DNA of 64,000 nucleotides from Cycas panzhihuaensis. Taxonomy: Eukaryota > Plantae > Cycadophyta. Below are positions 37,588-50,500 of the stretch, piece after piece. The stretch is from the NCBI GenBank assembly GCA_023213395.1, contig CM041465.1:83335741-83399740 (forward strand), in the 5' to 3' direction. Positions within the stretch are counted from its first letter, which is position 1. Each line of letters begins with the position of its first letter. A program made the position numbers and the translations under genes. Below the pieces are notes generated by a model. That model had not been told where the DNA came from and made no database searches. It saw only the letters and a list, made by a program, of their open reading frames with translations.

Positions 37588-39302
37588 TATTCTTCTTTTC
37601 TTCTTTTTTATAGTTTGTGTTTCAATTCAACTAATTTAGCCAACATCTTATCTAGGCTTCTATTGAGAGCTTAGTTCCTTTCTATCAATATTGCTATATT
37701 AAGGACATTGTCTCTATCCATTGGTTTAGTTGTCATTTCAATGATCCAAATTATGGTCTTAATTCATAAATAAGTGGTGTGCAATTAAAAATTAAAATAA
37801 AAATTGCTAAAATATTAATACAATGAGATATTTATGAATCAAGTGTAAGAAATCTCTTCAATGATGGTTCATTTGAGAGAGAGAAAGTAAGAGGCTATTC
37901 TTCTAAGGGTGTTCAAGATTTGACTCTAACAAAGTTTCACATACTAGTTTGTATCTCTTCATAGTTCTTTGGGAGAAAACCCTTTTATCTAGCAAAAGTT
38001 TAAACTAAATGATAAACCCATTTGTGTGGCAAAAGATTATTCTCAAATGTAGTATAAGTAATACATTGAGAATTAGTTATTAGCATAAAATCTATGTAAG
38101 GGGGTAATCTTGATCTTACAAGTGCAAGCGTTGAATTGGTACTTAGAATAAGCATGGTCATACCTATGTTCTAAGCATGTTAAAATTATAGAAGTTCTTG
38201 TATACTTAAGTACTAATAAAGGTGTAAATGGTTTTAGTCTTGATCCCTCTCTTGGGAAATTCATTTTGAATCATCCAAATATAAAGATCCCTAAGAAAGG
38301 AAAAAATTATTTAGTGAATAAAGGAAAAGTAAAGAATTAGGATGTACCCACAACAAAGTATATTGAGAAATGTAAGTTCTTTAAGGATGGATTATCCCCT
38401 AAGTCTATAAGATATATTAGAAGGTGTACACCCCCTCATTTCCTCTTCCTATTTACCTAGGAAAGTGTGTTAGCATTTAGGGGAGAAAGGTTTTACCTAT
38501 GTGTGATGTATTTGATTTCATTAGCTTAATATAAAAATGGATCAACAATTCCTAAAGTGGATTTTTGTCATTTACTCAATGTAGGAAATTGATAGTTTAC
38601 TATGGAGGTGAAATAGGGTTAATCCCCATCTCATTTTCATTTCATCCCCCCCTCGATCCCTCTTTTCTTTTATGGTTATAAGTTCTCAAAGGAGGTAGTG
38701 AAGAGTGCCTAGGGGGATATCCTTTTGTATTTTATGTAGGGTTTATGAAGAAAGTGACTAAAAATCTGCATAAATTATATTCATACTTTGACCTTCTTCT
38801 TAATATGAGATTTCATTTATTAGTTTTCTTCTTTTAGGTCATGATGTACACCCCAAGGTTTCATTTGTAGTGGTAATTTATAAACTATGAAGGTCGAGCC
38901 CAAAGCATTAGGACATCTCAACATAATGGCATGGAGTGTTTGATTTCATTTCTAGGCCTATATATAGAGTGTTTATCCTTTATTTTAGAAATAGAAAATG
39001 CAATATAATAGTATCTTAGGGGTTAAGCAAATCTTCAATCCCATATGAAATTCTTCAGCTTTATCAATGTTCATAATAGATGGAAGTAGTTAGAAAATTC
39101 CACTACTTCTCCTTTGGTTAAATAATATTATTATAATCCTAGGTTTCTTGTTGTAGATTCTTAGCTTAGATTTATGTTTATATACTATAGTTGGTGATAC
39201 AATGAGGAGAGGAATATATAGTAGCCAGAGGAAAAGGCTACTACTTGTAATAATTGTGATTCCCACTCTGTGTCATCTTGTTAGAAGTGATGGTCCAGTT
39301 TC

Positions 39303-39941
39303 TGTTAGATATATGACAACAATTATGCAAAAGCTTTAATTTTTTAGACCTTTGTTGGCATAGTTTCCCATAATCTTTCCTTAGGGGGATCTAAAGGAGG
39401 TGGAGCCTCTCTTAGCTAGGGGATGGAGGGGGAGTTAAAACCCTTCCCCACCCTACAAGTGGGGGTTCGAGGGTGATAGACCTTGAAGCAAAAAGCCAGG
39501 GCTCAAAACCTATCAAATTGTAAAGGGAATCTAGACCATTCATCAAAAAGACCTAGATCTGATAGTTATGATTGATGTGCCTTTCTTGTAACCTATTTTT
39601 AGGGTAATTGTATCACATTATATTGTATTACATCACATTAAGAGTGAGTGGTTATTGGTTGTTATTATTATGAAATTTCTATTGTAACTGCATGTACAAT
39701 CTTTTATTTTTGACTAAAAAGGATCGATACCTTTCTACTGTGGATGTTTCCCTAGCACTCTGCTAGGGTTTTACCACGTTAAAATCTATGTATTAGGTAA
39801 TATATATGCTTTCTTATATATGTTGAATAATCTCTAGTTTTAGATACTTGCATTTATTATAGTTTTGAATCCTTGTTATTATTGCAAAAAAGTTAGATCT
39901 TGATGGTTGGTTTTAGTTATTTAGACCAGGTTTTCTTAATA
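39303..39941 (+). repeat. 5' LTR of Copia F
   Basis: Aligns with 43977-44643. Confidence 0.92.
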
Positions 39942-40012
39942 AGTGGTAATAGAACCACTCATATTTTATAGCAAATCTATAAAAGGTTTGGTGTTGGTTC
40001 ATGTTATATCAA

Positions 40013-43000
40013 ATGGGAAAAGTAATGAATGTAAAGTTTGAGGTGGAGAAGTTCAATAAGAAAAATAACTTTAAGTTATAGAAGCTCAAAGCATATGATA
40101 ATTTGGTGTAGTAGGGATTGTACAAAGCCCTGGAAGGTAAGTCAAAGAAACCATTGGGAATGACTAATGAAGAATGGGAAGACATAAAAAAAATAGCCCT
40201 TGTCACAATATATTTGTACTTGGAAGATGAAGTTCTATTTAACATTGCAAATAAAAATTTAATGGTAGGGTTATGGACAAATTTAAAAAGCATGTACATG
40301 ACAAAGTCTGTGACCAATTGAATATACTTGAAGAGGTAATTGTATTCATTTCATATGAAGGGAGGTACTAAAATTCTTGATCATTTAAATGTCTTTAATA
40401 CTCTTATATGTCAGTTGGATAGTATTAGTGTAAAACTAGAGGATGAAGATAAGGCTATAACCTTGTTATGTTCATTACTTAAGTTCTAGGATAACGTTAT
40501 CACCCCATTAGCTTCAATGCTACTAATGAGATAAACTATGACTCTATTGTGATTACATTTTTGATTACATAGGTGAGGAGGAGACCCATTTTAGAAACCT
40601 TTAGACCAAAAGCTATGGTAATTAGAGGTAGATCCATGGAGAGAAGACAAAGTTCTAGAGATACATCAAGATTGAAGTTAAAAGGTAAGAAGGGTAAACT
40701 AAGATGTTAGTATTATAATAAGACAAGTCACCTCAAGAAGGATTTTTGGAAGAGGAAGGAGTTCTAGAAGAAGGAAGACCTTGCCAAGGAGGCAAATCAA
40801 GTTGAATTGAGTTAAGGTATGGATAATGATGTCTTGGTTGCATGCAATGTTTCACATTATCATAATGATTAACTATTAGATTCATATGCTTCTCACCACA
40901 TTTGTCCACATAAGAGTTGGTTTTCTGCATACTAACCTCTTGACGATGGTGATATTCTCATGGAAAATGATGTTTTATATAGAACTATTGGGGTTGGTTG
41001 CATTAGAATAAAGATGTTCAATGGTATAGTAAGAACATTGATAGAAGTTAGACATTTACCTAAATTTAAAAGAAACCTAATTTCTTTGGGTGAATTAGAT
41101 TCCAATGGTTGCAAGTATATAGGCCATGGAGGAGTTTTGAAGATGTCAAAGGGCACCTTAGTTATCATAAAGGCTTAAGGAAACCTTTACACTTTGATTA
41201 GAAGAACAGAAATCGGTCAAGTAGTTAGAGTGTTAAAGACAGTAGAAGATCCTACTTGATTATGGCATCAAAGGTTGGGGCACATAAGAAAGAAAGGATT
41301 GAAAGTGTTGATGAACCATAAGTTACTTCCTAACTTGAAATTTTAGATTTGATATTTTATAAATATTATGTCTTTAAAAAGTAGGGTAGAATCATATTTA
41401 ATATAAGAAGTAACATGAGTAAAGATATTCTAGATCATTCCCATTTATATGTATGAGAACTAACCCTGATGATATCTTATGGAGGAGCATTATATTTTCT
41501 AAAATTCATAGATGACTTCTCCAAGAAGGTGTAGATCTATTTTTTAAAGAGAAAGTTTGATGTATCAAGTGTGTTTAAATAATTTAAAGCTCTAGTTGAA
41601 AAGAGTATAGGCAAGTCAATCAAACTACTTACGAATAGATAATGGAGGTGAGTTCAATTCTTTAGAGTTTAAAAACTATTATAAAGAATCAGGGATTGAA
41701 AGACATAAGACCACAAGTTATACTCTGTAGTAGAATAGCATTACAGAATGCATGAATAGAACTCTTTTAGAAAGAGCAAGGAGTATGCTGAGTAATGCAG
41801 GCATGGAGTAGGGCTTATGTGTAGAAGGAGTTCTAACAGCTTGTTATCTGGTAAACAAATCACCATCACTTGCAATAGAATATAAAATTCCTAAAGAGGT
41901 ATAAATCAGTCATCCATGTTATTATATAAATTTGAAAATATTTGGTTATAATGCTTATTCTTTTCTTGTTAAAAGAAAAGCATACTAAATTAGACCTAAA
42001 ATCTAAATGGTACATCTTTGTTTAGTATGGTGATAAGGATGGAGTTAAGGGATACAGGTTATGGGATCCTACTACCTATAAAATCATCATCAAAAGAGAT
42101 GTGGTATTTGATAAATCTTCTTTTCTAAAATCTAAAAAATATAGAAGTTGAAATGAAATAGGAACCAAAAAGTAAACATCAACAGGTTAAGGTTGAAACC
42201 CAACCATCTTTAGAAGAAGAAAAGAAGGAAGAGTTTTTTGAAGATAAACTTGCTAAAGAAATATAGGAATATATTGATACTTCTCAACCACCTATAAGAA
42301 GATCTACATGGGTCAGGCATCCTTTTGAAAGGTACAACCCATCCAATTTTATTGCTTTGATTTCTAATGATGGTGAACCTACATGTTATTAGGAAGTAAT
42401 AAATGATGACTATAATGCAAAGTGGATAAGGACTATGCATGAAGAAATGGATTTCCTAGAGAAGATTAATTCATGGGACCTAGTAGAACTTCCACAAGGT
42501 AGGAAAACTATTGGTTACAGGTGGGTCTACAAAAGGAAAACTAATGTTGATGGGAAAGTTGATAGATACAGAGAAATATTAGTGGAAAACAATTTTGCAC
42601 AAAAAACATGTATAGATTTCCATAAAATCTTCTCACCAGTTATTAAGCTTATTTCTATTTAGGTTCTATTAGAATTGGTGGCTTTACTTGATTTAGAGTT
42701 GGAGTAATTAGATGTTAAAACTACATTTCTACATGGATATTTAGAAGAAGAGATATATATGGAACAACCATAAGGTTTTATACAGGATGGCAAGAATAGA
42801 TTTATATGTAGGCTTGGGAAATCTTTATATGGCCTAAAGTAATCTCCCAGGCAATGTTACAAGAAGTTTAATTCCTTCATGGAGAGCCAGAATTTTAAAA
42901 GAAATGAGTATGACCATTATATTTGTTTTAAAATTTTAGACAATAATTTATTTATCATGTTTGTATTATATGTTGATGACATACTTGTGGCAAGAAAAAG

Positions 43001-43919
43001 TATGGTAGAAATCAATAAGTTGAAGGCTTAATTATCTAGGATGTTTGATATAAAGTATCTTGAAGCAACAAAATAAATCTTAAGCATAGAGATATATAGA
43101 GACATGAAGAATGGTAAGATTTGTTTATCACAATAGAAATATATAGAGAAGATACTAACTAAATTTGGTATGGTAAATATGAAACTAATTCTATTTGCTT
43201 CTTATTTCAAGTTGTCTTCAAGTTTGAGTCATAGTTCTAAGAAAGAAAAGGAATATATGTCTCATGTACCTTATGATAGTGTAGTAGGAAGATTAATGTA
43301 TGCCATGGTATGTATAAGACCTAATATTTCACATGTAGTTAGTATGGTTAGAAGATACATGGTAAATCCAGGCAAAGAGTATTAGGTGGTAATGACATGG
43401 GTGCTTTAGTATTTAAGAGGCACAAGTAACTATTGCATCACCTTCAGTGGTATAGGTAATTCAGTTTGTGGATATATAAATGTAGATTTTATAGGAGACT
43501 TGGATAAAAGAAGGTTAACTTTAGGTTATGTGTTTACTCTTGTAAATAGTCCAATTAGTTGGATGTCTAAACTTTAAAGTTTAATTACTTTATCCACTAT
43601 AAAAGCTAAGTATATTACTATAACACATGTTTGTAAGGAGGCAATTTAGTTGTAGGGTCTATTGGGTGATCTTGGAAGGGTATAAGATAAGGTAAAGGTA
43701 TTTTGTGATAGTCAAAGTACCATTTACTTAGCTAAGAATCTAGCTTACTATAATAGGATAAAGCATGTTACAATCAAATATCATTTTGTGAGATAGGTTG
43801 CTAAAGCAAGTGTAGTAGCTGTTAAGAAGGTTAATACTCATTAGAATTATACATACATGTTCACTAAACTAGTATTACTAGAGAAGCTTAAATGGAGTAT
43901 GGATTTTCTTGGCTTGTAG
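40013..43919 (+). pseudogene. Copia F gag-pol pseudogene
   Basis: KFEVEKFN..NNF, LKSMYMTKSVTN, VRTLIEVRHLP...RNLISLG, DNGGEF, WDLVELPQGRK, LYVDD, VPYDSVVGRLMYAMVCIRP. Confidence 0.93.
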
Positions 43920-43976
43920 AAAAGATGATGAATAGTTCAGGAAAGGTATCAGGAATATTATTGTCAAGGTGGAGAT

Positions 43977-44643
43977 TATTAGATATGTGACAATAATTAT
44001 GAGAGGGCTTTAATTTTTTGGACCTTTGTTGGTGTAGTTTTCTCACTAATCTTTCCTTGAGGGGATCTAAGGGGGGTGGTAGCCCTTTTTGGTTGAGGGA
44101 TATAGGGGGAGTTAGAACCCCACCTTGTAAGTGGAGGTTTGAGGGTGATAACACCTAAAGCAAAAAACTAGGGCTTAAAACCTATCAAATTATAAAGGAA
44201 ATCTAGGTCGTTCATCAAAAAGACCTAGATCTAATGGCTATGATTGATGTACCTTTCTTATAACTTAATTTTAGGGTAATTGTATTACATTATATTGTAT
44301 TACATTATATTGTATTACATTATATTATATTACATTATATTGTAAGTAGGTGGCTATTGATTATTACTGCTGTAAAAATTCTATGGTGATTACATATTTA
44401 ATTTTTCATTCTTGACTAAAAAAGATCGATACCTTTCTTATGTGGTTGTTTTCCTAACACTTTGTTAGGGTTTTACCACCTTAAAATCTATGTACTAGGT
44501 AATGTGTATTCTTTCTTATATATGTTGAATAATCTATGGTTTTAGATACTTATATTTATTATAGTTTTGAATCCTTGTTATTGTTATAAAGTATTTAGAT
44601 CTTGGTGGCTAGTTTTGGTTATTTAGACTAGGTTTTCTCAATA
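43977..44643 (+). repeat. 3' LTR of Copia F, with an expanded 15-bp unit TATTGTATTACATTA (44277-44343)
   Basis: About four units here versus about two in the 5' LTR. Confidence 0.92.
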
Positions 44644-44979
44644 GCTTTCTCTTTTAAAATTTTGACCAAGGCATTATTAATACCCACCTTGTTTGCAAGG
44701 GAAATAATTGTATTTTCCATCAAAACTCTTGTTATAGATGAGATATCAACTAACTTGTATAGTTCCACTACTTTTAGGGTTATTAAAAGTTTTCAATAAT
44801 TTGCATATATTATGGAGTTTTCAATATAAATATTATTTCTTTAACCAACACCCGAAACATATGATTTTTTTGATGGTATCATTTTAATGTTAAAAAGGTA
44901 GATTATGTATCATGGGCCTAGTCTTTTTTTAAAATGTTTTATTTTATATTTATGTATGTGTGTGTGTGCATGCTTATAT

Positions 44980-45160
44980 ATTATAAGTTTTAAATGGATA
45001 CTTTTCTTACAGTTTGTAGAGTTTGATGGTTGCCTCATGTCGTTACAAGTTCCAGAGTTTTGATGGATACCTTATAAGTCTTATTTGTACAATTTCCAGA
45101 GTTTAATGGCTACCTTATTGATGTTCCTTTATAGGTTTCTTAGGGTTTGATGGTTGCCTT
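44980..45160 (+). repeat. Imperfect tandem array, core TTACAAGTTCCAGAGTTTGATGGTTGCCTT, 4-5 copies
   Basis: Copies at about 45007, 45043, 45087 and 45129, plus a weak one at 44981. Confidence 0.65.
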
Positions 45161-46850
45161 CTAGGTTTTGTTTTACTACCAAAGCCTATTTTACTAGGCC
45201 TATTCATTTACACTTAGTAGTGGGTGAGTAGATTTGTTAAGTCTTTTAGAGAGTTTTCTCCATGTGGGTAATAATTTTATGGAGGAGGGTATATCAATGG
45301 ATTATGTAAAGGGTCTGATTTGGAAACCTATTTGCTCATTTTTATTAGATATATTAAATACTTTATAAGTATTACATAGGTATAAGCATTGCACTTAAGC
45401 CCCTTTAAGGGGCCTTAGGGGCCTATTGAAATGAATCAAACCACCCTAAAGTTTCATAAAGTTATTACCACTTTACTATTAAATGAGACAAGATAAAAAT
45501 CTTTTGAAGATTATACAAAAAAGAGGCATTGGCAATGAGAGGCCATTGGTTAGATCATGGCCAACAAAGGTCTAGGTATAGATGATCAAAATCTAAAGAA
45601 AAATTTTAATCTCTAAGTAGAGGCCTAATCGTATGCTAAAAATGTAGGAAGATTGACTATATAAATAGCTAGTATAGAGCTAAGGTTAACAAGGGTAAAT
45701 TACCTGAAGTTATTTCTTCCATGGTAACAAAAGCCTCTGATGAATCTGATGGTAATATTTATTTAGCTACCTTAAGCAAGATGCCAAATGTTGAGTATTA
45801 GTTAATTGACTCTAATGCCTCTCTTTATGTTACTCCCCATAGGGAGTGATTTTATAAAAGTATTAACGTAGGTGAAGTATTCCTTGAGGACCATTACCCA
45901 TATAAAATCATAGGTTGTGGAAGGATGAAGGTTCAGTCTAGGAATGGAAGGGTTAAAACTATCCCTGATATAAATCATATTCCTAGTTTAGATATAACCT
46001 TATTATCTATTAATTAATTAGGTGATGTAAGAATCAAAACAACTTTCAATAAAGATAGTTATAGAATAGTTCAAGGAGCATTGGTATTAGTAAGAGGGGT
46101 TCGATATGGAATGTTGTATAAACTTGGTGTTACCATAATGAGTGCTAGTAGTTATAGTTTGATTCTTGTAGAATGTAGCAGTAATACAGGTGGCACCTAA
46201 ATGTTGTTGATTAGTAAGACTATGTTGTAGTATCAGAGATTAGGCCACATTGAAGAAAAAAACCTCTATGATCCACTCTTTAAAAGTATAGTTAAAGATA
46301 TCTCTAGGATTAATAACTCTATTGATTTCGATTTGTGTGAGTATTGTCTAATTTGAAGAGAGTGAAAGGGATTCTACAACTGGTGCACAACAATATTTTT
46401 AGGCTTGCTAATATACCCTCTTTAGGTGCGTTTAGGTATTTTATTTTATTTATTAATAATTTCTTGAGAAAGATATTATTATACTTTCTCAAGTAGAAAT
46501 CTAAGATTTTTAGTAAATTCAAGAAATTCAAGGCCTTGGTTGAAAATTAAATCAATATGACAATTAAGGTACTAAGAACTGATAATGGAGGTGAGTTTTT
46601 CTTAAATGAATTTGAGTAGATCTGTAAGCAATGTGGAATAGTAAGGCAGAAGATAACTCCTTATGTCATAATTGAATAGAGTTGCTGAAAGGATGAATAT
46701 GACCTTATTGAAAAGATCAAGGAGCATGCTTAGCAATACTAATTTAGAGAATAAATTTTAGAATGAGGCTATGATGACTGTGAGCTACCTAATAAACAAA
46801 TTGTTAACAATTACTTTGGCGAATAAAATGCCTAAAGAAGCATGATTTGG

Positions 46851-47531
46851 CATGTGTAGAGAAACAAGTCATAAGAAGATTTTTGGAATTATCAAGGTGA
46901 ACTAAAGTTTTAAGGCATAAAACATGTATAACTGAGTGTAACTTGGGGTGTGACCAAGTCAAAGTTTGACAGTTCAAGTGTGACTAGGTACAACTTAAAG
47001 CATGGCCAAGTATGACCAAATACAACCTAGAGTAAAACTAGGTCAATGTTTGGTAGTCCATGCATGATTAGGTACAACCTAGAGTATGACTAGGTACAAC
47101 CTAGAGTGCAATTAGGTCTTAGTTTGGTAGCCCAGGTATGAATAGGAATAACTTGGAGTGTGACCAAACTATAATTAAGATTGTAATAAGATGGTTTAAG
47201 TTTGACCTCATGACCTAATCACATATAATTGACTGTCAATTAAGTATGACAATTATAAGAGGAACTTGTAATAAATTTATATAAGTGATAATATCTTCAT
47301 ATAGTCATCATTTAAATAGTACTTTTGTACTTATTTTCTTATTATATGCTTATGATTACAAGTTATATCTATTGTGTACTATTTAGACTTGTGCCTAATT
47401 ATGAGAGGACCAGATGTAATGCCCCTTTTCTCAATAAAGTTCTAGTTTGAATGCTCTAATGTTGTATGCATTTTTATGGTTACTCTATTTTCTACATCAA
47501 GTAGCTTAATTAGGAATAGTAGTAACACACA
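46851..47531 (+). repeat. 5' LTR of H, with internal GGTACAACCTAGAGTGTGACTA-type tandem units
   Basis: Aligns with 62347-63040; ends ...AACACACA. Confidence 0.88.
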
Positions 47532-47532
47532 T

Positions 47533-47558
47533 TGGTTCCATTGTTATTTGAACCTGGG
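47533..47558 (+). other. Primer binding site complementary to tRNA-Glu (extended)
   Basis: TGGTTCCATTGTTA-TTTGAACCTGGG versus the recalled complement of the plant tRNA-Glu 3' end, TGGTTCCGTTGCCGGGACTCGAACCCGGG. Confidence 0.75.
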
Positions 47559-47566
47559 ATGGACAT

Positions 47567-50500
47567 ATGTACTAAAATAATCACTAAGTAAAGGAAGTAG
47601 GTCTATCCATACTAACAAAAGATGGTTCTAGAGTAAAGAAAGAAAATAGACAAGAAGGAAGCTACCATTGGGAAATCAAGTGGCTCTAGGAAGGAACCTG
47701 TAAACTAAGAATCCCTACAGAGAAATAATAGGTGAAGAGGAGACCACCTATGAAGTCCAAAGGATGAAGAAGTTTGATTTTTGAGAAATGATATGAACAT
47801 GAAGAATTCACAAGAGTTGGGATTAGAGCATCATCAATTTTAAAACATCCAATAATAACTTAAGTAGGAGAGAAATAAAGAGATTAGAAATCATAGTAGA
47901 GGTGTGTAATAGATAAAGATGCTAATATAAAAGAAGGTTGTTAAGAAAAATTAGAGGTATTTAAAATCCTAGATACTCCCAAGCAAATCCATTCTATCAT
48001 AGTTAAAATTTATAGTTCCACTAGTGTGGGTTGGGATCATCTCATTATAGAAATAAAGGATTCTCATTCTCATATTTTGAATCCTTTATTTAATAAGATG
48101 GGGGAACATACTTGTGGGATCAATCTTTTTAGGACCCTATATTTAGTAATGAGAAGGAAGCCCTAGTCAAATAGGTATTATAACTGGGATTCCCCTTGGA
48201 AAGAATAATGAGAATCCATCAATGATTGGAGGAGGAATGAATATAGGTGGAAGTTTCCTATAAGGAACGTCAACACTTATATCAATAGGAGGAGGTGCTA
48301 ATTAACCACCACTAATTGGTCCAAATCCTAGAGGAGGGATGATAATAGGAGGACCAAGTAGTAGGAATTGATCATTAACTCCATATGTGATTATTCAAAA
48401 TGATGTTACTTTTGGACATTTATAATTTGATGGGTTAGGAGGCCCTGTTGATCATCTGGGTTTATTTTCTAATATGTTAAAGCTAAAAGAAATTTGGGAT
48501 CTAGAGGAAATTAAAGCTTGATTGTTTTCTACATTATATAGGGTTGCTATTTTTTGGTATCAATATATATCCAACATAAATCCTAGTTGGGACCAAATAC
48601 AAACTTAATTTTTGTATTGATTCCAAAGGTCGAGGGGTCTAATGACAATCTTTTAAGCCTTGGAATAGGAGACTTCATATAATCATGAATAAGATGGATT
48701 CTTTTACTTAAATTAATCCTATACTAGCCTTAAAGTATTTGGTTTAAAGGTTGGTATTATAATTAAAGGACAAAGTTATTTTTCACCTTATGAATAATTA
48801 TGAGCAAGTGTGAGAGTTGGCTTTAAAATTTAAAAATCAAATGAAGACTCATTGCCTACAACCTATAGCATAGATGGGATTAACAAGAACCAACTTTCAA
48901 TATTTTGGGCAACTAGAAATAAATGTCCAATTAGGAGTAATTATGTAATCAAATTTCCCACCACAACATATGTCTCATATGGGTATGAATCTAGAATTAG
49001 AAGTATTCAAAAATGAAGTATAGGTATTGAAGTAGCAGTCATTGGTCTCAACTCCTATAATGTTGCAATAAATCCAAGAAATTAAAAAACTAAGAACTAA
49101 GTTATCACAATTAAGAATGAAGAAAATAAGGGACAATGTTTGGTGCCCTTCATCTTGTGGCCAAGTGAGTGACTTAAGGGATGAATACTTAAAGGCCCCT
49201 ATTACAAAATGGTGTGATATTTACAGAAAGGAACAATCATAACATTTAGGAATGTTATTATTGGGTATCTCATAGGTTAGACATTAGGATTTATTTTACT
49301 AGAAACTAGACCAAAATTCATCTAAATAATATAAGGGAAAGATAAAGGCTATTCAATGTCACTTATGTTCAAGATGGGGTTATTTTTAATTAGACTATCC
49401 CCTATAAAAGAAAGATGGTGATTATATTTGTGAAGAATATGGTCCAACTAATCACGAGTGGATTAATTGTCGAAAGAATACTAATATAAAAGTTTAGAAT
49501 TCTAATCTTGTAACCAAGGTTTAAGATGAAGAAATGCCCTCTTATTTATGGATACAAAGTGGAAAGCTGGCATCTACTCTAGTTGCTAATAATTTTCTAG
49601 ATCCTACAATGGAGAAGGAAATACTTCAAGAAGTTATTCAAGCTTGCAAGGAGCTATGAATACAATGCATCAAGAGGAGATGCAACAAGTAAATAGATTT
49701 AAGGGTTAAGTCTATACAAGGAAAACAATGTTTTAGGAAGCAAAGTCAAATCCTTGGCAAAGATTACAACTTGTCAAAGATCTTCTTATGGAGTTGGGAA
49801 TTACTATTCAAATTACTATTATCTTTAAATGGTAAGAGGCATGCTATTTTCAACAAGCAATGTTGGATTAGATTAAGAAACTGATGATAAGAGCTTTGAA
49901 GACTGATGTAATCAATCTAAGAGTCCTAACAAATATTTTTGGGACAACTATTTATAAGACCATTGTGGATAGTGGATTTGGGATAAATGCATCACCTGAA
50001 GCATCCTAGATTTTATTGGGAAGGCCTAATATGGTTACCCTAAATTATTCAATTAGGTTAGCTAATAAATTATAGGTAAGACAAATGGGTGCGCTCATGA
50101 ACATACTTATGAATGTAACAAGCATCATAATTTTGTTGGATTTTGTTGTGGTAAGGATGCAAAATCATAAAAAACTTATCCAACATTACTAAGAAGGCAT
50201 TGGCTATTAGCCATTAAAATACCCTAAAATTGGAGGAAATTGAATTTTGCCTTAAACTTATGTGGGAGGAAGGTAACATTTCCCTTGTGCTTAGATGGTC
50301 CACAAATCGAGAAATTTGAAGACACATACACAACATCTTCAACCATTATAACACTAGCAACTACAGTGAGCCCCTATTCAAAAATAGCCTACCAGGCCTA
50401 AAGAACACCACTACCATTGCCTAATAAGGCTTCCTCAACATATGTATTGAATTGGATTTATAATGCTTGGTAGGAAGCAAAGATAGAAAATTGTTATTGA

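Larger units (their letters stand above)
23378..37740 (-). pseudogene. Old Ty3/Gypsy element J gag-pol (chromovirus-like), split by elements D and E
   Basis: RT/RH frame KHKLYEKINKYEFF...YLEYII (right of 31586) continues as DPKKIEVV*EWSQPKN left of 25543. INT ESVSIDYVIDL..GHDTILV at ~24500. PPT-like AAGAGGAAAGGAA at ~23390-23402 (-). No LTR pair found. Confidence 0.8.
39303..44643 (+). mobile_element. Full-length Ty1/Copia element F (Tnt1/Tork-like), 5341 bp
   Basis: LTRs at 39303-39941 and 43977-44643. PBS TGGTAATAGAACC at 39944-39956. PPT AAGGTGGAGA at 43966-43975. Flanks GTTTC / GCTTT fit an ancestral TSD GCTTC with one C>T on each side. Confidence 0.93.

Noticed and set aside
44980-45160. 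CRISPR-like repeat/spacer appearance
   Set aside because: The repeats are degenerate, the linkers are too short and uneven, there are no cas genes, and the context is eukaryotic TE sequence.
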